Shown: positions 42,410-55,986, numbered from the stretch's first letter. The stretch: DNA of 64,000 nt from Octopus vulgaris (GCA_951406725.2 OX597821.1:103230001-103294000); one strand, 5' to 3'. Numbers and translations are program-made. Notes: a model not told the origin generated them from the sequence alone.

Positions 42410-43376
42410 CTCCCAAGCAAAAGGCATTCAATAAATTTAATCACTTCAAGCATTATGAAGCAGAGGCACTCCTTTGCATGCTGATAACGGAACCTTCAAT
42501 TATAGACGAACGCCTTAAACGGTTAACGGAACCGTAAATACGTAGTTCAGATAGCAAAAGCGAAGAAGAAACTTCGTGATAACCGTTTTTAGTAACAGAG
42601 ATCTTAGTGAAATAACGCTTGCTTCCAGAAAATCCGTGATCCCACATCCGGAAATCAATGAAAATACTGAACGAAACCTGAAAGTTGAAATACTTATTGT
42701 GAAGTTCTGAACCGATCCAAGCAAGAATAAGTCGTCGTTAAGGCGAGTGCAAAGCAGTCGGCTCACGGTAATAACTTATAACAAAAAGTATTAGTAACGG
42801 TTCCCTGCTTCCATTTTATGAAACCAAAACGTTTCTTACTCAATATTTATATGCTATTACTGATATAACATATGGCATAATTATAAACGGCAAATGTTAG
42901 CTATTTCTCCGCAGACTGAAAAACATGATGATCAACCTTAATCGATTTTCGAACCATATTGAGTTCTCGTCAGAGGCTTCTACATCATTCTGAGAGTCTC
43001 TAGAGAAACAAGCAGGTAAAGTACTTATGAATTCAACAAGTGCAGCAGTTGCTCTATGAAGGAGCCTCTAATTTGCATGACCAAATATAACTACTATTGG
43101 AACCCACACACAAGGTACAGGAAACACCTTCACAACTTATATACACCATTCTATTTTCATTCTCTTACTTCCCTCTGTATTTCATATCTTCTCTACAATA
43201 ATTAATACTCTAACATTTACTCGCACCGTCTCTGATGAAACATTTGTAAGACTTTTTTTATAAATGTTCTTAAAACTATTTACTGCCTTGGATTTTTTAC
43301 CTCATTCTGTCAACTTATATATATATATATATGTATTCACTTCTATTTTTAGTGATATATGTGCTCACGTGATGCC

Positions 43377-43460
<84 letters not shown>

Positions 43461-44001
43461 AGCGCATATCTTATATTTGCCACACGTGATAGTATTTTAA
43501 TAAAACCACACACCCACTCCTAAATAATTTCATGCGTTTCGCTTGTTTAAATCTTGCTTGGTCACTTCAAACGTACTTTTGCAGTCATGGTAGGAGAACA
43601 TTTTTGTTGTAGGTAACTGGCAGACTTTGGCTGAATAGAAATAGGCACCTATTTGGCGCTAATTTCGAAACTGTCTCCAAGTTGACCAGTATTGCTTGTG
43701 CTGATCTAGCAGGGGTAAGACGTTTTCAATATTCACTGGAATTTTTTCTTACCATGCCTGTATTAGATTTTTGACTGTTCTGTAGTACAGAATTATTTTT
43801 GACTTCTATATTTAGGGATGTAGGTACTCATGTGGTGCCATCCTCTGTGTATATATATATATATATATAGGGAAAAGGAAAAAAAATTTTAAGCGATTAT
43901 CTCCCTTACACCGGAAGAAATCACTCACTACCTCCCCTTATTTAGAAATCTCCTGAAAATAAATACAACGATAACTCCATGCAATATAAACATAACGTCA
44001 C

Positions 44002-44041
44002 AAGAAATTTGAAAAGCTACACGCGAAACCGGTAATTTCTT
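44002..44041 (+). ncRNA. Minimal type-I hammerhead ribozyme, U3-A8 variant
   Basis: aagaaat-TTGAAAA-GC-tacac-GC-GAAA-CCGG-TA-atttctt: perfect 7-bp stem I, G10.1-C11.1 pair, palindromic stem III, GUA site. Confidence 0.7.
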
Positions 44042-44194
44042 TAAAAATTTTAAAATTATGTCATTTTAAGGAAAGGAAAAAAATTTTTCCAATATTCTCC
44101 AGACATTTTGACACAAATATATATATTTCTGTCGTTTTTTCACACTTTACTATTTTCTTATATATTCACCCACGTGCTTTACCAAACAAACTTT

Positions 44195-44264
<70 letters not shown>

Positions 44265-44457
44265 AAGTACATATATTGTATGTATATATTTTATTAATTT
44301 GCCTGTACACCTGATAACTCGCTCGGCACACGTGATGGCATTTTAATATTACCATTCCTTATATTTATTTATATATGTGTATATATACACATATATATAT
44401 ATACATATAAATGTTTGCCTGTGTGTGTATGTGTATGTGTGTTCATGTATATATATG

Positions 44458-44505
<48 letters not shown>

Positions 44506-45499
44506 TATACATATATATACATATATATATATACACACACTTACACAGTACGCACATATAATACATGCACAGCCATATATATTTATACACACAGGCTTGT
44601 GTGCGTATATGCGCATGTACATGTGTATGTTTGTATGAAGGTACTTATGTATTCATTTATAAGTATATATAGTCTTAGCGAGATTTATCCGAAATATAAG
44701 TCATAAGTAGGATTACAATATCAGATGTAAAGGAACTCTGCTCTTAGTCTTACATAGGTAAGTCTATCCGTCAGTGAATGAGAGGAAACATAAAGTATAT
44801 CTAATGCCTGAAGCATCTTGCAAAACACTAACACACAACCAGAGCTTATAATGGTTTTCCTTGCGTTTAAAACGACCAAAATTACAAAACACAAGAAGGC
44901 AGAGCTAAGCAGTGATGTGTACAAATACAAGGTTATTACTAGTTCGAAAGTGCTTCGGACATAACCTTGTATTTCAACCAAGAAAAGTCCACTCAGAACT
45001 GGAATCTAGTTTATTGTCTGTTTTTTTGTTTTTTTTTTCATTTTCAACTAGGATGAAGTAATGAGGAATGAAGGGCCTTGATCACAGTCCAGAAATCGTA
45101 ATCACGAATTAAAGATCCCGAGTAAGAACAAAGTACTAAACGCCTTGACCTATAAATTAATATATATATATATATTTGTCCAAAATCGCGCAGTAGGAGT
45201 GAATAGTGAAGTGTGCTATTCATACATATAAATGCATACATATGCACACACACACATACATACAAACATACATACATACATACACACACATCGTGCTCAC
45301 ACAGAGTTGAAGCACTGTTTGATTTTGTTTTCCCCTTTATCTACCCTTTTTGTGTATAAAATACCACAATTAGCCGTAATTTTGGACGGCACGGGGCCAG
45401 CTAGTGTATATATATATATATATATATAGGGAGAGTTTACGAAAAAAACAAAAGACGAAGACAGGTGGTGTACAAAACAAACGGACGTATTAGTATAAA

Positions 45500-45577
<78 letters not shown>

Positions 45578-46094
45578 GTGCGTGCGTGTGTGTTTATGGG
45601 TGATCTTTGTGTCTGTGTTTGTGCCTACCCCACCACCGGACAACCGGTGTTAATGTTTTTAGGTTCCCGAAACTTAGGGGCTGGACAAAAGAGACCGATA
45701 GAAATATGAAGCTTAAAAATATATATAAACAGTGGATCGATACATTCAACTAAAATTTCAAGGCAGTGCCCCAGCATGGCACAGTGTAATGACAAAGAAG
45801 TGAAAGAATCTGTTTTAGTTCCTGGACTGCGGCCAGTTGGGGCTACCATCTTGAACAGTTTTAACTGGAAGAAATTTATCGCCTCCCAAGGATCTATTTT
45901 TTTTGCGTGGTCCATAGTTTTGACCAGTACATATTTTATTGGTTTATTTAGACGAACTGCTCAGTTATGGGCACGTAAGCAAACCAGCATCAGATTTTAA
46001 ACAATGAGAGGTACAAACAAACACACGCACACATGCACACATACACACACACATGCACACACACACACATGCACACAACACGCGAATCTCTCTC

Positions 46095-46177
<83 letters not shown>

Positions 46178-46193
46178 CTATCTGTCTGCCTGC

Positions 46194-46261
<68 letters not shown>

Positions 46262-47062
46262 ATATGTATGTACGAATTCATAGAATGCACGCACACGCAC
46301 ACACACACGCGTGGGCGCGCATTTGTTTTTATGTGCGTATAGAGTGCAAATATATAAAACATAGTATATAAGACCTGTCATCGCGTATTTCAATGTCTTC
46401 ATCAGCGGACCATCTGTTTTCTGTATAGCAATCCTATATAGCAATCCTGTAACGCAGGCGAAAACTTGTTTGCGTGCACTTGTATTTGTAACACAATAGA
46501 ATTTGTAACACAATAAACTATAGAAGGCGCTTCGATTGGTCTTCTGTCAAGCGCAGTGGGTCTTCCGTTATGTAGAATACGTGGGTGAGATCAGTAAATA
46601 TGATGTGCAAGTCATTCTAAAGGCCTTGATATTTGTTCTCAATGAAGGAAGAGCTGTGTCCTTTGAGTGTGTGTATGTGTGTGTGTGTGTATGTGCATGT
46701 GTGCGTGTGTGTGTGCGTGTATGTAAATGATTTTTTTTCTGTATTTTTCTTCAGTGTAAGCGTAATAAATAATCTTCGTGCATTTAATAATTTTTGCACT
46801 ACACACGCAAATTTTAGCATACATACCCACACACTCCAACACACACACGTGCATATATGTGTGTGACTGCGTGTGTATGTGTGTGTGTGAGTGTGTGTTG
46901 TTTATGTGTGTGTGTGTGTGTGCATATGTATATATGAGCACACTTTATACATGTATATTTATATAGACACAAATAAGCTTATATATATGTATATATGCAT
47001 ATTTATATATTATACATTCATGTATATACATATATACGAAAACATTCTTAAACACAGTTATA

Positions 47063-47287
47063 TACTCTTTACTCTTTACTCTTTTACTTGTTTCAGTCAT
47101 TTGACTGCGGCCATGCTGGAGCACCACCTTTAATCGAGCAACTTGATCCTGGGACTTATTATTTTTGTAAGCCCAGTACTTATTCTATCAGTCTCTTTTG
47201 CCGAACCGCTAAGTGACGGGGACGTAAACACACCAGCATCGGTTGTCAAGCAATGCTAGGTGGACAAACACAGACACACAAACACAT

Positions 47288-47338
<51 letters not shown>

Positions 47339-47362
47339 TACATATATACGACAGGCTTCTTT
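47063..47362 (-). mobile_element. SINE family B, 5'-truncated
   Basis: Tail and body homology to 23662-24101. Confidence 0.85.
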
Positions 47363-47438
47363 CTTCATGTGTGTATTTATAACAGTAAATACACATACAT
47401 ACACACACATATACTTAGTCAATTCAAATAAAGTAAAC

Positions 47439-47650
47439 AAGGCGGTGAGCTGGCAGAAACGTTAGCACGCTGGACGAAATGTTTAGTAGCATTTCGTCTG
47501 TCTCTATGTTCTGAGTTCAAATTCCGCCGAGGTCGATTAAGTACCAATTAAGTACCAATTTCGTACTGGAGTTGATGTAATAGACTTAATTCGTTTTTCT
47601 GTCCTTGTTTGTCCCTTCTATGTTTAGCCCCTTGTGGCAATAAAGAAATA
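47439..47650 (+). mobile_element. SINE family A copy
   Basis: Head and tail-1 homology, with an internal deletion and a short duplication attaagtacca. Confidence 0.85.
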
Positions 47651-48371
47651 ATTAACAAACAATTCAAATATACGGATAAAAAACAACAAAAAATGAACCA
47701 AATAACAAACGCGAGGACGTACACAAGAAGTATATTAGTTTGACGTTCAATGAAAGGAAAGAGGTTAACGTTTCGTACATTGCTCCTCGTCGGAAAGGAG
47801 AAAGGGAAGAGTCCAAAGAATGAGGAGAGGAGAAATCGCCAACGGACCACGCGTAGTTACATTGTTATTAAGATGAGGCGACCCCGCTTCAGTTTAACTC
47901 GCTTTCCCACCTTTAGCGAATAGACTTCGTGTTCGCATCCGTGAGATACTCTTTCTGTAGAGTAAGTAATCCGCTAACTTTGTAGCTTGGTTTGACCTGC
48001 TACCATAGCTATCATAGTTATCATTGCTACTGTTGCACTGCTAAGAGGTGAGGTACGGAAGTAGGGTTTCACAATCAAGGAATAATTGGAAGAACAATGT
48101 GGCCAGTTGTATATAACAGCGTCTGGATGGTCCGGTTGATACAGTGATACTGATGGTGTTCGTATATGTATGTTTGTAATTAAACACTCCTTATTTAAAC
48201 AGTGAATAACAAACTCTAAAATATCACTTTGAAAACCGCTTTCAAGCGAGAAACTCCTATCAGAGTCACCTTTTGTAAACACCTTATAACTTATGAACAT
48301 CTAAGTATTAAAGTGGAAAAATTATCAGAAAAGCCAGTTCTATTCATTTTTCCACACATATATATAGATAT

Positions 48372-48533
48372 AATGGTTGTATACTGTCAATCTAACGTGA
48401 ACGTGACAGTAGGGGGTTACACCACCGCTGTTTAGCCCTAGGAAGCATCGACGTCGATGCTTCCTAGGGCTAAACAACGGTGGTGTAACCCCCTACTGTC
48501 ACGTTCACGTTAGATTGACAGTATACAACCATT
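48372..48533. repeat. 162-bp loopless palindrome with one mismatch
   Basis: 81-bp arms centred between 48452 and 48453 (tcgac|gtcga); the only mismatch is 48428 C versus 48477 A. Confidence 0.95.
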
Positions 48534-48564
48534 CTATCGCCCATTCTATCTATCTATCTATCTA

Positions 48565-48618
<54 letters not shown>

Positions 48619-48622
<4 letters not shown>

Positions 48623-49946
48623 GTTGAGTAAAAAGTAAGCAACGTTTTGAACCATGAAGAAGTTGTACCGGATTTTATATGTTTGTGTATGTTTACTTAG
48701 AAAGATACATAGAAAGTAGAGTTATAGATTTGTCCAAATGCAATAAATTAACATTGATATTTTTTTCACCGTTCTTACAATCATCGGAAATGGAACTGTC
48801 AAAGCGCGATATTTGAGCAATTCTACAATTCAAAAAAGGACGTAAAGCAGCTGAAACTGCTCGCGATATCAACGAAGCTTTTGGTGAGAAAACGACTAGT
48901 GAGTGGTCAGCTCGAAAGTGGTTTAAACGGTTTCGCAGTGGAGACCTGAGGTTTCAAGATCGTGAGCGTAGTGGACGCCCATCTATCATTGATGACGGTC
49001 AATTAAAGACCGCCATTATGAAAGATCCACGTAAAAGCTCTGGAGAACTGGCAAAAGAACTTCAAGTTAGCTAGGAAACTGCTTGCAACCATTTGCATGT
49101 GATCGGAAGATAAAAAAAAGCTCGAAAAATGTGTACCACACGATTCGAATGAAAATCAAAAAATGCGCAGATATGAAATTTTTTCGTCGCTTCTTCTCCG
49201 TAACCAGACCGAACCATTTCTCGACCGTATTGTAACTTGTGATGAAACGTGGATTCTGTACAATAATAAAAAAAAACCTTCTTCGCAGTGATTGGAACAA
49301 AATGGAGCATTGAAAACCTTCCCTAAGCCCGAGCTCTTCAAAAAGAAGGTTGTGATGAATGTTTGGGGGTGTGCTGCTAAACTCATCCACTATAACCTCT
49401 TAAACCCGGTAAAACCATTACTGCTGAAACATATTGCCATGGAATTGCCAAAATGAACGAAAAACTGCTACTCCTTCATCCCAAACTTGTCACCAGAAGA
49501 AGGCCAATCATTCTTCATGACAATGCTCGCCTACACGTTTCACTAATGACGCTCCAGAGTTTTGAAAGAACTACGATGTTCTTCCCCACTTAGCTTATTC
49601 CTCATAACTTTCTCCTACCGACTACGACTATTTTAAAGCGCTTTGAGCGTTTCCTGTCAGAGAAGGAATTGAAAAATCAAACCGATGCTGAAAGTACGTT
49701 TGAAGAGTTCATCAGCTCCAGACCTCCAAATTTTTGCTACCAGAATAAATAAACTTGTAACTCGTTGGCAAAAATATGTTGATTGTAATCGTACTTACTT
49801 TGATGAATAAAATGTCTGCCTTGTTGATATATATATATATATCTAATTTAATATAATATAATATAATATATTTTACTATAAAATTGGATTTAATCCTAAA
49901 TCTGATTTTTCCCTGTAAGTTTGGATTTATTCCCTAATATTTTATC

Positions 49947-50000
<54 letters not shown>

Positions 50001-50047
50001 GATGAATTTTATGTTTCAAAACGCTGCTTACATTTTACTCAGCTTGA
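48619..50047 (+). mobile_element. Near full-length mariner (Hsmar1/cecropia-like), inactive
   Basis: TIRs tcaggttgagtaaaaagtaagcaacgttttgaa and ttcaaaacgctgcttacattttactcagcttga, TA-flanked; a (TA)n-bounded insertion at about 49826-49997 lies inside the 3' end. Confidence 0.92.
48790..49810 (+). pseudogene. Mariner transposase pseudogene
   Basis: MELSKRDI*...KWFKRFRSGD...RSGRP...CVPHD...FLDRIVTCDETWILYNN...ILHDNARLH...LSPTDYDYF...RWQKYVDCNRTYFDE*; DDD motifs present with several stops and frameshifts. Confidence 0.92.
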
Positions 50048-51042
50048 TATATACACTTTGTCTGTTCTTGGGGAGAAGGACCTTTTTATGAAAATCGGAG
50101 CGGGGCGTTGGACAAGAATGATTGTGAAATTTATGCAAAAACACACACACACAGAGTCACATACTCATACATCTATGCGTATAGATGGAGAGAGATCGGG
50201 GAGAAAGAGAGAATGAGAAGTAATGGGGAGTTAGAATAGAGGCAAGGGACCCGTAATGTAGAAACTTTTGATGTTAATAGAAGTTGAAGAGAATGGATGA
50301 AAGGAGAGGAGCGAGAATTGGTAAGTTTATAGAAAAAGAGAGAGAGAATGGTGTAGGCAGTTAGTAGAATAGAAAAGAGAAAGGCATGTTATAATATAAG
50401 ACTAACAGAATTGAGGTAGGAGATGGATCATGGTATGTGTTCGTTAAATAAGGTAAAACGTAGAGAGAGGAGGAGAGAAGGAGGGTGAGGAGGACGAGGA
50501 GGAGGAGAGAAACCTTGGAGAAAGATCTCAAAATAGAAAAAGAATGAGATGATTTTTACGAATTTATTCTCTATAATTAACCATAACAGACATGTGATCA
50601 ATAGAGTAATTGAAATTCAATTAAATCAACACAGAAAATTTTTCAATAAATGCGAAATCTAATTTGAAATTTGGGATTTTATTATTTTTATTCTGTTCCT
50701 TTATTTATAGTATACGTTAGATATTGATTGCATTCGTTAAGTTTGGCCATAGGGAGAGGCATAAAATTTCATAACTTGATCTTTTCTCATTTCTCAATAA
50801 CTCTTGGGTTTTATGTCTAATTAAAAAACGAAATAAAATAAAATAAAATAATATTATTTATCGATTTTATTTGTTACTGTGTTTATTTTGTTTTTCCTTT
50901 TTAATAATTTTTTTATGACTTCATTTCATATATCGAGTATAGTTAGTGGTAGGAAAATGTAAGGTGTATACGCGTGTTTATGTGTGCGATGCCTAAATAT
51001 TTTTCAACGAAGTCCGTATGTGTGTGTGTGTGTGTGTGTGTT

Positions 51043-51094
<52 letters not shown>

Positions 51095-51359
51095 GGAAAC
51101 GGCGGAAGACGGTACTTGTTCCTTCACGTATAGGTTGTTGTGTAGTTTTGTACAGATAACACTAAAACCAATACTGTACTAATATTTCTGACTAAGGATG
51201 GAGACTTAACTTCTAATGAGGTAAAAACAAGATCAATTTCAGCTGTTAAATTCAGAGTGAAATTCTAAGTTAAAAAATGATTTGCCAAAAGTTGCAGAAC
51301 GCCGCGAAAATTTGTAGATTAATGTAGTGTTAAGTCAAGCGACGCTTTAAGTCTTCCAC

Positions 51360-51422
<63 letters not shown>

Positions 51423-51616
51423 GTGTGTATGTGTGTGTGTGTGTGTGTGTGCCATGTGCACAATTATTTCACCTCAATTGGCGTGAAACTGACCCTATAG
51501 GTGTGACAGATTCCTTCAAGAAATCCCGGATAAACCCCACACCCGGATATGTCTCTGTACTTGAGTATAGTATATATATACTTATATATAAATATATATG
51601 TATCAAAGTATCAAAG

Positions 51617-51662
<46 letters not shown>

Positions 51663-51837
51663 ATATATATATATATATGTATGTATATACATATGTATAT
51701 ATATATAATATATGTTTGTGTGTATGTGTATGTATATATATATATGTATATATGTATATATATACATGTATATATATCTATGTATATATATGTGTGTTTA
51801 TATATATATATATATACATACGACACACGCACATATA

Positions 51838-51991
51838 TACGACAGGCGTTTTTTCATGTTCCGATCTATCAATTCCACTTAGAAGGCCTTGGTCAGCTTG
51901 AGGTTCTACTAGTACAAGGCACCTGACCAAGGTCCACACTTTGGGATTGAAACCAGAACCATGTGCTTGGGAAGTAAGCTTCTTACCACAC
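51838..51991 (-). mobile_element. SINE family B head half, decayed
   Basis: accatgtgcttgggaagtaagcttcttaccacac matches the family B reverse complement. Confidence 0.7.
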
Positions 51992-52359
51992 ACCTACACA
52001 CACAAACACACACACACACACACACATATAATGCAAATGTCTCGAAAAATACTACAGAAAGTGGAGGTGAGAAATAAAGTTGGTAGTAGTTTGATGATCT
52101 GGAATTCGGAAAAAAGTAAATATCTTTACGTTTCGGGTATTCACTCTTCTTCTGAAATATAGGAGACATTGACATTCAAAGAATACATATGTTTAAGTGT
52201 GTACATGTATGTGTATGTATTAGTGAGTGAGTGAGTGTGTGTGTGTGTTTTTACCCGCAACCATTTCACAACCATTGCTAGCTTGTTTATGTTTCTATAA
52301 CTACGTTTCGGCAAAAGTCACCGATGGCATAAGAACTAAACTAAAAAGAAAAAAAAACA

Positions 52360-52492
52360 GCTGGTACTTATTTTATTGACACTGGCAGAATGAAAGTTAA
52401 AGTCGACTTCGCCAGAATTTGAACTCAGAACGTAATGACCGATGAAATGCCTCTAAGCATTTTTGCCCAACGCGTTAACGATTCAGCCATCT
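52360..52492 (-). mobile_element. SINE family A, decayed
   Basis: aaagtcgacttcgccagaatttgaactcagaacgtaa. Confidence 0.75.
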
Positions 52493-52521
52493 TAATCATA
52501 ATGCTGATAAAGATAACAGTG

Positions 52522-52587
<66 letters not shown>

Positions 52588-52740
52588 GAATTCCTTGGAG
52601 TTTGGATAATTTTGGAAACATGGGTATTTCATTCAACATCCTTAAAGAACCCTTATTGACGGGTAGTCATGATGGGTATACTGAGCTTCGTACAATTTAC
52701 TCCAGTGTCACTTTGAAGGCATTCACCGCGCTCTCACTCA
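52588..52740 (+). mobile_element. Family D 3' fragment inside (AAT)n
   Basis: Reverse complement of parts of 62818-63125; ends ctctcactc-(aat)n. Confidence 0.8.
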
Positions 52741-52783
52741 ATAATAATAATAATAATGATAAATATTCATAATAATAATAATA

Positions 52784-52842
<59 letters not shown>

Positions 52843-52914
52843 GAAGAAGAAGAAGAAGAAGAAGAAGAAGAAGAAGAAGAAGAAGAAGAAGAAGAAGAAG
52901 AAGAAGAAGAAGAA

Positions 52915-53000
52915 AATGGACGGAATAAATCGAAGCTATCAACACCTGGGCGGTTTCATTCCTTAGATATGGAGCAGGGGTAATCGCATGGACAGTGGAC
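52915..53000 (+). mobile_element. Dong/R4-clade non-LTR ORF fragment
   Basis: With one frameshift it reads NGRNK/IEAINTWAVSFLRYGAGVIAWTVD, matching the AINTWA..RY.AG...WT motif of Dong/R4 ORFs. Confidence 0.75.
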
Positions 53001-54179
53001 ACCGCTGTACTCTTTTACCACAACTTTCTCTCACACTTTCTTCCTACTTCTGCCACAAGGCAGAGCAACTATGGTGTAACACACTATGGTGTGGTAAACT
53101 TTCAGACCCTAGTCTAGATTGCGAATCCTCTGTACCCAAGGATAGTTCAGCTCGCCACCCGTTAAATAGCCACCGTTTACGGAATGAGGGTAACAACGTA
53201 GCTTTCGCGCCCGTGAAACCGCCAGTCTACCGCGTGTGGTGGGTGGATCTTCAAGTTGCCACACGCATTCTTAGTAGCTTAGAGTAAGCTCAAATTAGAG
53301 ATTATTCTTCGTGGCTAATGGCCTGAGTCCTAATTAGAAGAAGAAGAACAACAACAATGATGATGATGATTTCAGGAAACAAACCCGAGGCCCATAACTT
53401 ATTTGAGAAATGCGCATGGTTTTTTAATATATTTTTTGTTATGAAGAATTAGGTAACTATGTAAATAAGCAAGACTCGTAAATAAACTCCTTGTTCAAAA
53501 TATATTCTGACTTTCAAATGTTGATTTAGCTTTCACAGTAGTAAAGCTGAACTAAAACGAAATCTTCATTGACAAGAGAAATCTTGACCGCCTAAATTCT
53601 TTTAGGCACGTGGCCAATCTTTATTGAAGAATACGAAAATGTTCTGACAGGAAAACAAACAGAGCTTTTCAGTGAACTAAAAGCCATTAAAAGCCAGATT
53701 TACTATATTTCCATTTTCAGTGGAAGAAGTTACTCTGCTGATATCTGCTTCAAATCAATAAGATAGAGTTCCAATTCCATAGAAATAATAATAATAAACT
53801 TCTTAGTGTTTCGCTGTAACAAGAACCAAATCGAAAGTTGTCTTCTATGAACACAATAAATAGATATAGAATATCCAGTAGTGACATAAAATAGAAGAAA
53901 TAGAAAATATTCTGAGATGCATTCATCACGACTAGATGTTGATCTCTGGTTGATATTGGAACGAAGTTGGAAATAAATTTCTTTAGTTCCTTAGTTCCTT
54001 AGTTTATGTCAGAAAGCGCCATCAGTCACAAATAAAAGATTTTGATAAATGTTGTTGAAATTGAGAGGGTAATTTTTGCCAATAAAAAGACACGCATTGG
54101 TGCTATTTTACTTCTTTTTATCATTGTCAATCTACTAGTTATCTAATTAAATAATTAAGTTCACTCCTGTTGCGTTTCA

Positions 54180-54670
54180 CTATTATTAGGGATCTGTTCT
54201 GACGAAAGCTCATCCTCGTCAGAGCTAAGACTATATTACAACGACTGGCCCTTCTCCTCAAGGTCAGAAGAGACTGCGGTTCCCAACAGCTTTGATGATT
54301 TAGAAAGTTCAAGGTAGACCTCAGCGGAGTATTATTATCACATCTGGAACGGTGCTGCTGCTACTGCACCCTAAAACGTCCAAATTTATTTACAGACATG
54401 CACACCGTCTTCTCTCTGCCTTTTTTTATCACTATCATAATGATCAATGTTCCTCAGATCTGACTGGGTTCAGGCAACCCTCACTCAAGCATTCCCGTTC
54501 CATTTACCATTCCTCCTACCATCACCCTTTCAGGCCACGCACTAACCATTACATCCAGTCATTCATTTTGAAAACATGAACCTCATAAATTCCCATCCTA
54601 ATCATGCTTTTTCTGTAGATATTGACTTCTAAATGTTCAAGAAGAACGTGAATGGTAGCGATTTCACCGA
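54180..54670 (+). mobile_element. Decayed LINE (CR1/Zenon-like) ORF2 C-terminal fragment
   Basis: Frameshifted remnants KVQ.RP..EYYYHIWNGAAA, FSLCLF.YHYHNDQCSSDL and RTNHYIQSFI resemble YKAQVRP.MEYCSHIW and LFYRY..G.CS.EL. Confidence 0.65.
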
Positions 54671-55587
54671 TTCGGGACGGCCTGCCCCAATCACCAGTCC
54701 CAGCAAACGATATTTCATCAATTATTAGATCTAGTATATTAAACATAATAGAACAATTATTGTTTCCTTCTTTGATATGGTTTATAGCTCAATGCAAGCA
54801 GGAAGTGCAGCAATTAAGAAGTTTTCAGTTTGTACTAAACTAGTAAAAAGAATGTAGGTTGTTACTCTAAGATTAGAGGCCTGGCTTGAATGCTTGCGCC
54901 AGAGTTTCCTCTCTCAAAGATTGTCCGACTGCTGGTGTTATACAAGGTGACGTGTCATATCCTCACTTACAAATGGCTGCGACAAACATGTTATTTTTGT
55001 ACATGACAGTAGTCATGATTGTAGATAATAGTAGACATAATGCGATATATAAACCGATTTTGTGTAGATGATAAGTAATCAAATGCTCTATTTTCGCCCT
55101 GACTGAGATGACCAATGGTCAAATGCATTGTAACCATATCCATCTATCAACTTGTCTTTCAGGAATTTGTTCTCATTTTATCAATACGGCATGGTGTTGT
55201 CTGACGAATATTTCACTGCTATTTCTAACGAATTAAGCGTCCACGTAGAATCTGTTTTGTTTGTTGGTAGGTTGTCATATCTAAGGAATTGGTTCTATTC
55301 CGAGCAGTCAAATACTAATTATCGCCTGGCGGTTGATGTCAGTTATTTAAACGATAGTCAGTAGCAGATATGTTTTTATTTTTATATTTGCACATTTTAT
55401 TTTGTTGAAAATACAAACTCATACTTACACCAGGCAGTGATATATTGATTTATGACATTAAAAAAAAATTCATTTCCTTTTTAAAATTTATATAACTTCA
55501 CTCCAAAAAAAGGAATCCACATATACGAATAGTTTCTACTTAAATTTTGAAGTGTTACGTTATTCTTTATGGTAAAATTATACATAT

Positions 55588-55986
55588 AGGTGCAGGAGTG
55601 ACTGTGTGGTAAGCAGCTTGCTTACCAACCATATGGTTCCCGGTTCATTCCCACTGCGTGGCACCTTGTGTAAGTGTCTTCTACTATAGCGTCGGGCCGA
55701 CCAAAGCCTTGTGAGTGGATTTGGTAGACGTATGTATATATATATATATATATGCATGTCTCTGTATATGTTTATATGTTTGTGTGTCTGTGTCTGTCCC
55801 CACCCAACGTCGCTTGACAACCGATGCTGGTGTGTTTACGTCCTCGTAACTTAGCAGTTCGGCAAAAGAGCCCGACAGAATAAGTACTAGGCTTACAAAG
55901 AATAATTCATGGGGGCGATTTGCTCGACTAAAGGCGGTGCTCCAGCATGGCCGCAGTCAAATGACTGAAACAAGTAAAAGAGTAAA
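55588..55986 (+). mobile_element. SINE family B full-length copy
   Basis: tRNA-like head, CORE-like ggcaccttg..aagtgtctt, tail ggtgctccagcatggccgcagtcaaatgactgaaacaagtaaaagagtaaag. Confidence 0.9.

Noticed and set aside
43560-43850. Possible Penelope GIY-YIG C-terminal remnant on the minus strand
   Set aside because: Too decayed to support by eye; needs a frameshift-aware profile search.
49067-49390. Minus-strand ORFs of 107, 79 and 76 aa
   Set aside because: Antisense shadows of the mariner transposase pseudogene.
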